From NCBI RefSeq assembly GCF_044704955.1, contig NC_091999.1, forward strand, positions 16,802,001-16,866,000: 64,000 bases of DNA, read 5' to 3'. Positions 50,401-62,755 of this stretch are shown here, piece after piece; the first letter of the stretch is position 1, and each line of letters starts with the position of its first letter. The notes under the pieces are model-generated. The model did no database searches. It saw only the letters and a program-made list of their open reading frames with translations, and had not been told where the DNA came from. Source of the stretch: Pristiophorus japonicus. Its lineage: Eukaryota. Made by a program: the position numbers and the translations under genes.

Positions 50401-50600
50401 GGCTGTTTTTTTTTAACACCCTTTGTCCTTTTAGAATTTTGCTGTACAGTGGCCCTTTTTGTTCTTTGCCTTGGGTTTCTCTGCCCTCCACTTTTCCTCA
50501 TCTCCTTTCTGTCTTTTGCTTTTGCCTCCTTTTTGTTACCCTCTGTCTCCCTGCATTGGTTCCCATCCCCCTGCCATATTAGTTTAACTCCTCCCCAACA
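47488..50600 (-). mobile_element. Young CR1 LINE (ORF2 with few frameshifts), 5'-truncated just upstream of the ORF1 stop
   Basis: Translation very close to the 14527-17325 protein; (TAGAAACA)n tail at 47488-47520. Confidence 0.97.
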
Positions 50601-51129
50601 TTATGATCCTCCTATAGTCCGTTTTGGAAAATATGATAGTTTTTCTTCCATGTCAGAGGCTAATTGATTTTGGATGACTTTGCTACGATCTACCATTCGG
50701 GAATAATACGATGAAACATCGAGGAAGGTGTACAGCAGGATATCGATTATTTTTCCGCTAGGTTAAGGTAGTTACTTAGTTGGAGGCTGCCAAGGAGGCT
50801 TTTAAGAGATTAGTTGTGAGTTATAACCTTTTTTTTATATATGTTACGGCAATGCTCTGAACATAAATAACGTTTCAGCTTGCAACAACTACATTGATCC
50901 AGTGTATGTGTAAGGCCAGAATAGTGAAATGTTAGATATTATGGTATCAGTAATTATTTATTCAGGCCAAGCATTGGATACTTTGCCCGTCCAAAAACTG
51001 CATCTTTGTTCTACATTCTTCTATAGCCTGACGTTTTTGTTTGTGCTCTTTAGTGTCTATATCACTGTATAACTATCTGTTGTTCTGGATTAGTCAGTGT
51101 TTGTGTTCCCTGTGAGGGTGTTGATCTGT

Positions 51130-52460
51130 GGGGTTGTGCGTGTGTGTATTTCTAAGATTGTGTATGTGTGTGTAAATCTTTCTTTATGTTTTGTTTAAGA
51201 ATGCGTGTGTTTTTATGTAAGTGTGTGTGTTTAAATTTAATTGTGAGTGTGAGATTTGGTGTAGGTGAGTGTGTGTACTTTTATGTGTTAGCATGTTCAT
51301 ATCAAAGGGTTTGTGTGTGTGTGTGTGTGTGTGTGCAAGTGTGTTCATGTGTGTGCTTATGTGTAAGTGTATGTGTAACCCGGTGTATATGTATGTTCAT
51401 GTGTGTGTTTCCCTGTAAGTGTATATGTATGGTTATGTCCAAGTGTTTGCTAATGTTGAGGTGTAAGTGTGTGTTTGTGAGCTTTCATGTCACATTGTGT
51501 GTACCTGTAAGTTTGTCTGTGTGTGTTTTTGTTAGATTGTGTTTGGATTTATATGCGTGTTCATACTTGTGTAAATGTGTTCAGGTGTGTGTTTCCCTGT
51601 AAGTGTACGGCTATGTCTCAGTGTTGTTCATGTTTAGGTGTAAGCGTGTGTGTGTTTATGTGTAGCAATGGGTTTGCAGGTAAGTTTGTGTGTGTTTGTG
51701 TGTGTGTGTTTTGTGAAAGTGTGTGTTTTGATTGATGTGTGTGTCTAAGTGCAATAGTATGTTTGCATGTAAGCGTGTGTGTGTTTTGTGTAAATGTGTG
51801 TTTGGATTGATGCGTTTGTTTACAAGTGTGTGTGTGTTTTGTGTAAGTGTGTGTGTGGATTGATGTGTATTTATGTGTGTGTAAGTGTGTGTAAGTGTGT
51901 TTTGTAAGTGTATGGGTATGGATTGATGCGTGTGTCTATGTGTGTATAAGTGTGTTTTGTGTAAGTGTGTGTGTGGATTGATGTATGTGTTTATGTGTGA
52001 GTAAGTGTGTGTAAGTGTGTTTTGTAAGTCTGTGTGTATGGATTGCTGCGTGTGTCTATGTGTGTGTAAGTTTGTTTTGTGTAAGTGTGTGTGTGGATTG
52101 ATGTATGTGTTTATGTGTGTGTAAGTGGGTGTAGGTGTGCTTTGTGTCAGTGTCTGTGTGGATTGATGTGTGTGTCTATGTGTGTGTAAGTGTGTGTAAG
52201 TATCCGTTGTGTAAGTGTGCATTTAGATTGACGTGTATTATTGCTATTGTTAAAATTTTCAGAGAGTACCAATAACTGGATTTGACAATGATGGTTTTCA
52301 TTATATTCGAGTTATGTATAATATTATGTGTCAGAGTGTTAACGTATGTCTTTATATGTAAGTCTATGTGTGTTACTGTGAAATTGTGCACTTACACAAA
52401 AATACACACACTTATACAAAATCATCATCACACTTACATATGAACACAGACAGACTCACT
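51130..52460. repeat. Complex (GT)-rich low-complexity tract with internal ~120-bp repeats
   Basis: Direct inspection. Confidence 0.93.
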
Positions 52461-53177
52461 TTCACATGTATTCTCCCTGCTCTGTGTAAATGTGTCCTGT
52501 GTGAGGCGCAATGTGACGTCAGCCGAAGGAATGCAACAATTCAACCGATGGGCCTCAGAAACATCAGGGACACAACTATGAGAAACCCGCAGAGGATTCA
52601 ATCACCAGTTTAGATATGGCCCATTAGAATTCAGCATGTTAGTTTACAATTAACAGGGACTATTTAATTAAAAAATATTACGTGGAATAAATAGTTATTT
52701 CAGAATATAATAATCATGTGGCAAGTTTAAAATCTTTTGACCATGGGTTAGAATGTGACATTGTACTGATGGCAACTTAGTGCATTTACAAGAGAGTGGT
52801 TCATTTCCCATCTCCCTGTGGGAGGGGCAGTGGGGGTTACGAGAATTATGCATTTCCCGTTCCCCTCTCGCTGGTGGGTATGAGAGGTACAGTGAGTTAA
52901 AATTACCCTTTACTCTCTCTCTGCTGAAGTTACTTTCAGGAATCCTGTAATGAGAGAACTTCACCCAGTCTCTAACCCATGGTGTATCTGAGCTGGGAGC
53001 GCTGGCTGTATAAGCCTTGGGACCGAGACACGCAAACACTCTACTTCAGACAAACAGCCCTCACATTGGCAAAACTAGGAAACATAGTTAATTGAGCGGC
53101 TGCCTGTTTAACTCACGATTGGAAAAAAAGCCCTTTATTGTTTTTTATTTAAGAACTGAAATGCAATCGAGAGATTC

Positions 53178-53569
53178 TCATTGACAAGAATTGACGGTGT
53201 CCATCAGAACAAGGGAAATGTTGACGAAACTGGGTTTACCGCTGGATTTATTGATGGTTCTGTTGGTGATCTTCAAGGGGATCGCTTCGTGTCCCACCAC
53301 ACAGGAGTAAGAAGCGCCGCTGGCCCACTCCTCGGCTGCAACGGATAGCAGGCTGTACATGAAGAAGGATCTGCTGCCGTTCTCTGCCATCACCTCGGTG
53401 TTCTTGTAGTTGCCGGAATCCACCGGCTTGTCAGTGACGGTCCATTTGACGAAGATCTCTCGGGGGGAGAAACCTCTCACTAAGCAGGTGAGGCTGACCA
53501 ACCTCTGAGCGGAGACTTCTTCTGCCGAGGGCAGGAGGACAGACACGGCCGGTTCCCGCGGATCTTTCG
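53178..53569 (-). CDS. IGHM: IgM heavy chain CH4 exon plus secretory tailpiece
   Basis: TACAG|CG AAA; [17 protein letters not shown]...YSCVVGHEA; tail [20 protein letters not shown] (N-glycan sequon, penultimate Cys); internal donor G|GTAAA after 53240; AATAAA on minus at 53134-53139. Confidence 0.97.
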
Positions 53570-54488
53570 CTGTAGAACAGTTACAATAAAGGCCAATGAA
53601 CTTGACAGTTCCAGAGACAATGGGAAAACTTTAAATCAATACAGCAGGCGGGTTTTGGGCGTGGAGGTTTTTAAATTGTTAAAAATAGGAATCCCGACGT
53701 CAACGCGCCCACTCCCGGTTGTAATATTATATTTGAGTAAAATATTTAAATGGGACTGGAATCTTCTATTTTAACCACCATTTGGTGTTTAACTGTCGCT
53801 GGTCCGGTTTGACACACTGTGTAAATCCCTGCAGTTACAGCGAGGCGGGGACTGCTGCACCCAGGTGGTAATTGCCCTTACACCTACCTCCTGGATCCAG
53901 GGTCCCTGTCTAACCCAGCCCCCGCGATCCGAGACCTCCTGACTCGGCTTCCAATCCTCCCGTTCTCCCGGGTGGCCTGTGAGACCACCGCCCACAACTC
54001 GCCTTCCTCATTTAAATTCAGCCAATTTCAGGTGGTTAGATGTGAGAGAAATGGACACTGCGTTGAATTTTAACGCTTTTCCTTTTCCCCTCTGGGGCCT
54101 CTCTGGTTTTCCATCCCGCAGCAGAGGGAACACAATCTTTCTCTCTGAAATCTCCAAGGGTTGGTCTGGAAAATTACATAGAATTTACTGCACAGAATGA
54201 GGAGATTTGGCCAACTGGTCTATGCCGGTGTGTATGTTTCACACAAGCCTCCTCCTAGCTCACTTAATCTATTCCTAATAACATACCCTTCTATTCCTTT
54301 CTCACTAATGGACTTGTCCAGTTTCCCCTAAAATACATAATGTCAGGTCCCAGAGTGCTGAGTTCGTGGAATTACCAAACTGAATGATCAGAGCAGCCCA
54401 TTAAACACTTTATATAATGAATTGTCCCTTGCACATGCACTGGAAATAGTCACAGTATCTCACTTATTGCAACAATCTCCCCGCTCAC

Positions 54489-54797
54489 CCTTTTCCTTGT
54501 GGATGGAATCTCTGATAGGAGTCGGCATATCCTGATGGCTCACCACGCAGTAGAAATTATCCCCACTCAGCCAGTCTTGTGTCGAGATGTTTAAGTTGCT
54601 GATCACTATGTTGGGATCCTCTCCCGGCTGGAAGGCAATCTCTGATTTCAAAGCCTCCTTTTCCCGGGTCCAAGAGACGGTGAGCCCATAAGGAGCGTCA
54701 GACACGACGCAGGTTAAGGTCACCATCGCCTCCAGTAAGACCTGTTCCAATGACGGTGGGCGAAGAGTGATTTTTGAATCGCTGCATGGGACAACCA
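54489..54797 (-). CDS. IGHM: IgM heavy chain CH3 exon
   Basis: CAG|TG...G|GTGAG, 309 bp, phase 1; [19 protein letters not shown]. Confidence 0.96.
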
Positions 54798-55492
54798 CTG
54801 CGAAACAGGAATGAGAGTCAGGAAAAGCTGAAGCTTCAGAATCCGGACACCAATATTTAGCCTTAAATCTTTCAAGGGGAATATATCACTTTTGAGATAT
54901 CAACCTCTCGCTGTTGCCTCAACACCGGCGTTATTGGAAGGACAATGAATTGGCAACGATTCCGAGAGATCTGTAACATTTCTTGTGTATTTGCAGCCAG
55001 AGCCACCTGTAATGGGCTGTGAAGCAAATACCCGGCATAAAATGGGAATACATTGTGTTAGGCATGGAATAGCGCTCTTCCTGAAATCCCTTGCTCCTTT
55101 AAGCCCGTCCATAGATCCTTGCACCCAAATGCATCACCGTTGGTTATAATAGCTGAAGCCCGAAAAGCCCGAAGTTCAAGAGGTCTACACCAGACATTAT
55201 ACTGGTTCAAAACCAGTGTCAAATTAATTTCAGGATTTATGGGACAACAGGAAACAAAGTTAAGTTTCTGGTCTCTTGCTGCGTTTTTTGTTGCAGTGAA
55301 AATGTGCAGGAACCAGTCACAGCCCCCGTCAGAGGAGAAGTGCAAGGTCGGGAGAATGGAGTTCCAAGGAATCTTTGTGGTGCGGCATCATTTGGAATGA
55401 TGTGAGGTCGTTTGTTAATTTCTGTAATTACTGAACATTTATCATGTCTGGTGAGAGAGATTCAGAGATAAATATGACCTCAGGGCATTAAT

Positions 55493-56010
55493 AGCAACAT
55501 AGGAACAGGAGGAGGGCATTCAGTCCATCCATCCTGTCTCGCCAACCAGTTAGATCATGGCTGATGAACACTCAACACCATCTTCACGCATTGGTTATGT
55601 AACCCTTGATAACCTTGCCTGACAAAAATCTATAAATCTCAATTTTCAACTTTTCAATTGAAAGCAAGTGTCAGCAGCTTTTGGGGAGGGAAATCCCGAC
55701 TTGCAATATTCTTCTTGTGAGAAAATCCTTTCTGACATCACCTCTGCACGGCCTAACTCTAATGTTAAGTTTCTGCTACTTGTTCTCGACTCTTTCATCA
55801 AACTAAATAAATGTTGTATATCTACTCGATCAATTCCATTTATCAACTTAAACACGTCAATTGGATCATCTCTTAACGTTTTATACTCGTCGACTGATCA
55901 TTTTACATTATTAGCCCCGGTTTAATTCGGGTAAACCTGCAGTTTAGCGCCTCCATGTATATTCTTCCTGTGGTGCGGAGCCGAGAATTGAGCTCAGTGC
56001 TCTGAATAGG
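55493..56010 (-). mobile_element. Old CR1 3' fragment in the CH2-CH3 intron
   Basis: FKLINGIDRVD.. and CR1-type 3' UTR. Confidence 0.75.
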
Positions 56011-56189
56011 GTAGATGCCCATTCTAGCAGGATTCCTGGACAGTTGGCAGGAAAGGGTTCCAGACTCCGACAGCCGCTCCATTTATGATCAGCCAACTCA
56101 GGATAAACCTGAGACTAAGGACACTTCACTCACTGCCTGACATCAGAGCAAGGGGAAAGCTTCTTTGGCGAGGTTAATAAATCCTGAGC

Positions 56190-56630
56190 AATGAGGAATC
56201 CTGAACCAGAAGATCCTGGATTGAATTTCCACTCCAGATATTTGATCACAAAATGTAAGCTGAGTCTCCCAGTGCAGTACTGGGGGCATGGCGCACTATC
56301 GGAGTTGCCGTCTGTCGGATCAGGTGTTAAACCGAGGATCCGTCTGGCCTCTCAGGTGGAGGTAAAAGATACTCTGGCATTATTTCAATGAAAAGCAGAG
56401 GAGTTCTCCCTGGTGGCCTGGGAATATTTATCCCTCAAGAAATATCACTCAACAAAAAAAAATGGTCATTATCACACTGCTGTTTGTGGGAGCTTGCTGT
56501 GCACTAAATGACTGCCGTACTTTGTACATTACAACTGTGACCACATTTCACAACTTAATTCATTGGCTGGCAAGCGTTTTGGTTCAGTCTGTGGTCGCTG
56601 AAGGCGCTGTATAAAGGCAAGTTTGTATCG
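56190..56630 (+). mobile_element. tRNA-derived SINE in the CH2-CH3 intron
   Basis: Reverse-complement homology to 26895-27330. Confidence 0.7.
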
Positions 56631-56756
56631 CAAGAATACACAAACTGCATGATTGGAAATTAGGAACAGTCCTCTGCTTTTTACTAATTCCAATAAAATC
56701 CTTACTGAGGTCAGCGCTCAGAATGGTGTGCAACCTCCCGGGATTGTGTCTCTTAC

Positions 56757-57074
56757 CCTGAGATCTGCTGAAGTTATGGTTTTGCGTGACCCCTTCATGA
56801 GTGACCTGGCAGGTGTAGACCGAGCCGGTGAACCATTCCTCGGCGGGGACTGTCAGCCGACTGGCCGTCAAGAAGTTCCCGTTCACCTCAAAGACGGGAG
56901 AGGTGATGATGCCCGAATCCATGAGTTGTCCACTCTTCAGCCAATTCACGGTCAGTGATTTTGGCCTGAAATCGATGATTGAACACACGGCGCTTGCATA
57001 TCTGCTGCTGGTGATTTGTTCAGTGGAACTCAGCGTGAGGAGAACAGTTGGAGGAACGATGTCCGGTTCAGGAT
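56757..57074 (-). CDS. IGHM: IgM heavy chain CH2 exon
   Basis: TTTTGAAG|AT...G|GTAAG, 318 bp, phase 1; [21 protein letters not shown]. Confidence 0.96.
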
Positions 57075-57197
57075 CTTCAAAAAAAAACATATTATTGACA
57101 TTGCTTGGAAAATAATTGATTAAGAAATGCAAAGTGTCCTTATATTTTAACAGGTTCTTTGCTGTCAGACGAACACTAACCTGGCATTTACAGAGAG

Positions 57198-57945
57198 CAG
57201 AACTGTGCACAGTATTCTCAGTTTAATATGCAGACCGGAACTGTGCATAATATTCTAAGTGCGATATGGGGACCAGAACCATGCACAATATTCTAAGTGT
57301 GATATGGAGACCAGAACTATGCACACTATTCTCAGTATGATATGGAGACCAGAACTTTACACTGTATTCTAAGTATGAGATGGAAACCAGAACTTTAAGC
57401 AATATTCTAAGTGTGATATGGAGAACAGAACTATGCATACTATTCTAAGTGTAATATGGAGACCAGAACTATGCACACTATTCTCAGTATGATATGGAGA
57501 CCAGAACTTTACACTGTATTCTAAGTATGAGATGGAAACCAGAACTTTAAGCAATATTCTAAGCGTGATATGGAGAACAGAACTGTGTACAGTATTCTAA
57601 CTGTGATATGGAGACCGGAACTGTGCATAATATTTTAAGTATGATGTGGAGAGCTAACTTTCGACAGTATTCTAAGTATGAGATGGAAACCTGAATTGTG
57701 AACAATATTCTAAATGTGATAAGGAGACTAGAACTGTGCACAGTATTCTAATTATTATATGGAAACCAGAACTGTACACAATAATCTAAGTGTAATATGG
57801 AGACCAGAACTGTACACAATATTATAAGTATGATAGGGAGAGCAGAATTGTACACAATACTCTAAGTGTGATTTGGAGACGAGAACTGTACACAGTATTC
57901 TAAGTATGATATGGAGAGCAGAACTGTACACAGTACTCTAAGTGT
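57198..57945. repeat. 38-bp minisatellite x~19 derived from CR1 coding sequence
   Basis: Unit GAACTGTGCACAGTATTCTAAGTGTGATATGGAGACCA; minus strand encodes HLEYC.QFWSP. Confidence 0.93.
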
Positions 57946-58023
57946 TGTCTAACCAAATTTCTCTACAAGTTGAACATAATTTCTCACCTTATCATTGTTT
58001 GCCCTGTAATCCACATCACTAAC

Positions 58024-58323
58024 CTAGCATTGTGATGGCCCAGACCGACACACCACGTCGAACCTCGCAGTAAATTGTGCTGCTCCCCACATCTGACTCG
58101 GCGATGGTTAACTGGCTGCTCTGGGTGTAGATTCCCTTCTTGTTGAGCACTGACGGGTAGCTATTCAATCCAGTGGTGATTGGCTCTTTATCTTTCTTCC
58201 AGGAAAGGCTGGTGATGTCGGGGGAGTAGTCCATCGCCAAACAGCCGTACGTGATGGAGCCATCGGTACTGGGTTGTTCACAGGAGGAGAGCAGGGCGTA
58301 GAGGGTGGGGGGAGACGGTGTTA
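58024..58323 (-). CDS. IGHM: IgM heavy chain CH1 exon
   Basis: TTCCCAG|TA...G|GTTAG, 300 bp, phase 1; [34 protein letters not shown], as recalled for shark mu chains. Confidence 0.96.
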
Positions 58324-59084
58324 CTGGGAAAGAATGGCCCATTGAACAAGTTAGACTCTGTAATCCGTGCTTATAAAAGAAATAAACAGCTCGAAATTTG
58401 ACTGCAGAATAAACTAATTCCACCATTTCCCCATCAAAGACTACACGGGCATTTGAGTTTCTGTCAGTTCCATCATAAGGACCTGTCGATGCCCTGGTCA
58501 GGAACACACCTCTCTATCCCCGAGCTCTATCACATTACACAACAAGAACATTTACACAACTCGTCAATAAAGAATCCTTCATTGGATCATACAATAGAAG
58601 AACAGAGACGTGTTCCTGCTATTTCGGCCTCCATTTATTTCTCAATCAGCACCATTTCTGGTCCTTTATTTAATTGCAGTTTGGGGAAATTTGCTCTGTG
58701 CACATTGCCTGCGGCGTATCCCTACAAAACAACAGTGACTGCACTTCAAAGTAACAGCGGAATTCCTGCTTCGGACGTTAGCAAAAAACCCTCTAAATTT
58801 GCATACCACATAATTCAACAGGTAGCATTTCCATAGTTAAGTTTCTAAGATTCAAGCTGTCGGTGAATTGCGATTGAGTCGAATTTCTCCCTCATTTTCT
58901 CAGCATTTGATGGAGACCGATGTCCCTCAGTGCACTGTGATCTGGGCTCTATCCCATCCCATTGAATGCATGTCTCTTGAGTTTCCTCCTCCCTGCCACT
59001 CAATTAATAATCCGAATAAAATACCATTCCAAAATCCGGTTAATTGGAAGTTTCTCCTTAAATGGCCCATTTCAGTTCCCATTG

Positions 59085-60005
59085 TTGTTCTTGTTATATC
59101 ACAATGACCTGGACTTGGTTATAGGGAATACAATTTCGAAGTTCGAAGGTGATGCAAAACCTGGCAACGTAGCCAATAGTGAGCATGAAAGCAGCAGACT
59201 CCATGAGGAGACAGATGGACCAGTGAAATGCGCCGGGACATGGCAATTGCAATTTAATGCGAATCATTGAGAAGCGATGCACATTGGGTGGAAGATGGAG
59301 AAGCAGTATAATCTAAATAGTATTGTTTTGAGGGGATGCACGAACAGAGAAATCTAGATGAACATATTCAAAAATCTTTGAAGGGGGCAGGGCAAACTGG
59401 TAAGACAGTTATGAAAGCGTATGGGATACTTGACTTTGTAAATGGGCCATTGACTACAAAAACAAGACGGTTATGCAAAACTTACAGATCACGTGTTAGG
59501 CCTCAGCTGGGGTATTGTGCACAATTCTGGAACAACAATGTAGGAAGGATGTCAAGCCATTGGGGAGTGTAGAGGGGAAGCTTTTACCAGGATGATGCCA
59601 GGGATGGGGTCTTCATTTATGTGGATAGATTGGAGAAGCTGGGATATTCTCCTTAGAGCAGAGGTTAAGAGGAGACCGAAGAGAGATATTCAACATTATG
59701 ACAGGTTTTGATAGAGCAAGTAGGGAGAAACTGCTTCCGCTGGAAAGTAGGTGGGTAACCAAAGGTCACAAATTTAAAATAATTGGCAAAAGATCAAAAG
59801 GGGAAATTGGGGTAATTTTTTCACACAGAGGGTTGGTAATTTCAGGAATGCTCCAGACATTTCCTCCTGTACGTCAGGAGGACTCAGTGGCACGTTTAGA
59901 AGGAAAACCCTGGGGAGTTGGACTAAATTGGACAGCTCTTTCAGAGCCGGCATAGGCACGATGCCTGAATGGCCTTTTCAGTGCTGTGAGATGCTATCAT
60001 TCTAC
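59085..60005 (+). mobile_element. Old CR1 3' fragment upstream of CH1
   Basis: NDLD...ISKFEGD, VRPQLGYCAQFW, TKGHKFKI. Confidence 0.85.
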
Positions 60006-60729
60006 ACGAGTCAGTGGGAATAGTTCTACTAGATTTAATGGAAGGAAACGCTTCATATTTTGGACACCTCGACCAGATCTATTTTTATTGTTTGTTGTAA
60101 TTAAAGAGGATATTTAAAATAAAGAGATCTTATAAATCTGACGCAAATTAGTCAATCGCATGCTGCTATAAAGGCTTAAAATTCATTGCGAATGATGACT
60201 TATTGCAGGTTGACTCTATCTCTTTAAATGTTTCACAGAATTGCAGCTCAGTGACTGTGCGCCTTGTGTTGTGATCCAGGCCAATAGCTGCATCTCTCAT
60301 AGTTTGTCCCTGCCTTTAACCTTTTCAGGAAGAATTGAACAACATAATGTTTCTAAACATGAGGTCCTCATGACGATTAATTCAAGTGGGAGTCTTGATA
60401 TCCTCCATTTAAATTGTGAAAATAACTTACAGCCTCCCAACAGATCAGAACAGGCGCTGCTTTCTGGAGCGTTATTCACTTCCTGAAACAGTTTGTTCTG
60501 GAAGTGAGCTGAGGATCAGGCCAATCGTGTTCAATAGTAATCTGATGCTCAAAATGTTCAAACATTAATAACTCATTAAAAATTTGGCATTTTTTCAGAA
60601 AGAATATAAACATCAATGAATGTGCGTTGTTTAATCTGGTCAATCGGACGATTTATTGTGTATATCTGTCACGAGTAGTTTATCTGCTATTTGTTAGTCG
60701 CAGCTAGCGGTATCTTGAACATTGCCTGA

Positions 60730-62755
60730 CCAAGCACTCTCAGGTCAGATACAGCAGAGATATGAGAGCAAAGCTCCCGCTATGCTGTCATGTGGGTCAG
60801 GACAGGTATAGCAAGGGTTGCACACAGAGTAATACGTTATCTGTACTATCCCGTCAAACATTCCCAGCTCAAGTACTGCAGAGAGGTGCTACGAAATGTC
60901 TCTCCATAAAATGCGTTATCAAATTGACCGATTAGATTCAGCACAATTATCACATGTACAAAGACAAGCTTCCCATACACTGCCCCTTTAAAGCGCACCA
61001 GCTCACCTATAGCTCTGATTAAATAGAAGATCAATCTATATTGAAGGACCCAATTAAGCTCCACGTCTTTGTAAATAAAAGTTTAAATACTGATTAAAGC
61101 AATCTCTGCAATGTCCCATCAAGCACTGCCAGATAAAGTAAAGTACGGGTTAGTTGCAGAGTAAAGCTCCTTCATCACTGTCATATCAAACACTCCCAGG
61201 GTAGGTACGGCACGAGTTAGATAAAAAGTAGATTTCCCTCCACATTTCCAATTAAACACACTCAGGGCAGGTACAGTCAGGCTTGGATAAAGAATAAAGC
61301 TTCCTCTACACTGTCCCATCAAACACTCCCAATACAGGTACAGAGTAAAGCTCCCTCTACAGTGTCCCATTAAACATTCCCAGGGCAGGTACAGCATGGG
61401 TTAGATACAGAATAAATCTCCCTCTACAATGTCCCATCAAACAGCCCCAGTGCAGGTCCAAAATTGCCAAAATAAATTGGAGCACCCATCAGATCAGACG
61501 AGGCGCTGTTTGTTCTGAAAGTGAGCTTCGGATCAGACCAATCTCATTCAATAATTATCTGATGCTCAACTGTATAACCATTACTAATTCGATATCTTAT
61601 TAGTTAGATGCAGATTGAAGTTTCTTCAATATTTTTAGAAAATCACTCAAATCAGATACAGGATAGATTCGATAGAGTAAATCTCTCTCTTCACTCATCA
61701 GTCTGGCGCTGTAAGGTCATGTAAAGCAAAGGATGAATGCATATTAAACTACACTACCCCGTAAGACGGGCCAAATATAGCAAGGTTTAGATTCCGAGTA
61801 AAATTATTTCTGCACTGTGCCATCAATCCAAACAGGGCAGGTACAGCATGGGTCAAGATACAGCGTAAAGCTCCCTCTACATTGTCCCATCAAACACCTC
61901 CAGAGCAGGTACAGCATGGGTCAGATACAGAGTAACACTCCCTCTACACTGTCCCATCAAACACTTCCAGAGCAGATACAGCATGGGTCAAGATACAGAG
62001 TAAAGCTCCCTCTACATTGTCCCATCAAACATGCCCAGAGCAGGTACAGAATGGGTCAGATACAGAGTAAAGCTCCCTCTACATTGTCCCATCAAACACA
62101 TAGAAACATAGAAACATAGAAACATAGAAAATAGGTGCAGGAGTAGGCCATTCGGCCCTTCTAGCCTGCACCGCCATTCAATGAGTTCATGGCTGAACAT
62201 TCAACTTCAGTACCCCATTCCTGCTTTCTCGCCATACCCCTTGATCCCCGTAGCAGTAAGGACCTCATCTAACTCCTTTTTGAATATATTTAGTGAATTG
62301 GCCTCAACAACTTTCTGTGGTAGAGAATTCCACAGGTTCACCACTCTCTGGGTGAAGAAGTTCCTCCGCATCTCGGTCCTAAATGGCTTACCCCTTATCC
62401 TTAGACTGTGACCCCTGGTTCTGGACTTCCCCAACATTGGGAACATTCTTCCTGCATCTAACCTGTCTAACCCCGTCAGAATTTTATATGTTTCTATGAG
62501 GTCCCCTCTCATTCTTCTGAACTCCAGTGAATACAAGCCCAGTTGATCCAGTCTTTCGCCCACGCCCAGAGCACGTACAGCATGGGGTTAGATACAGAGT
62601 AAAGCCCCCTCTACACTGTCCATTCAAACACTCCCAGGGCACGTACAGCATGGGCTAGATACAGAGTACAGCTCCTTCTGCACTGTCCCATCAAACACTC
62701 CCAGGGCATGTACAACTGGGTTAGAAACTGATTAAAGCTCCTTCTACTGTCCCCC
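60730..62755. repeat. Patches of the 67-bp satellite (inverted), interrupted by unique sequence and a CR1
   Basis: Repeated CAGGTACAGCATGGGTTAGATACAGAGTAAAGCTCCCTCTACACTGTCCCATCAAACAC. Confidence 0.9.
62099..62557 (-). mobile_element. Young CR1 3' fragment inserted in the 67-bp satellite
   Basis: Nearly identical to the 3' ends at ~16975-17434 and ~47488-47945; (TAGAAACA)n tail. Confidence 0.96.

Noticed and set aside
57198-57945. RSS-like CACAGTA heptamers in the Ig intron
   Set aside because: Explained by CR1 origin; no correctly spaced ACAAAAACC nonamer seen.
53178-58323. Assignment as IgW or IgNAR
   Set aside because: Four CH exons, a CH1 with the light-chain Cys, and mu-type tail and TM sequences fit IgM.
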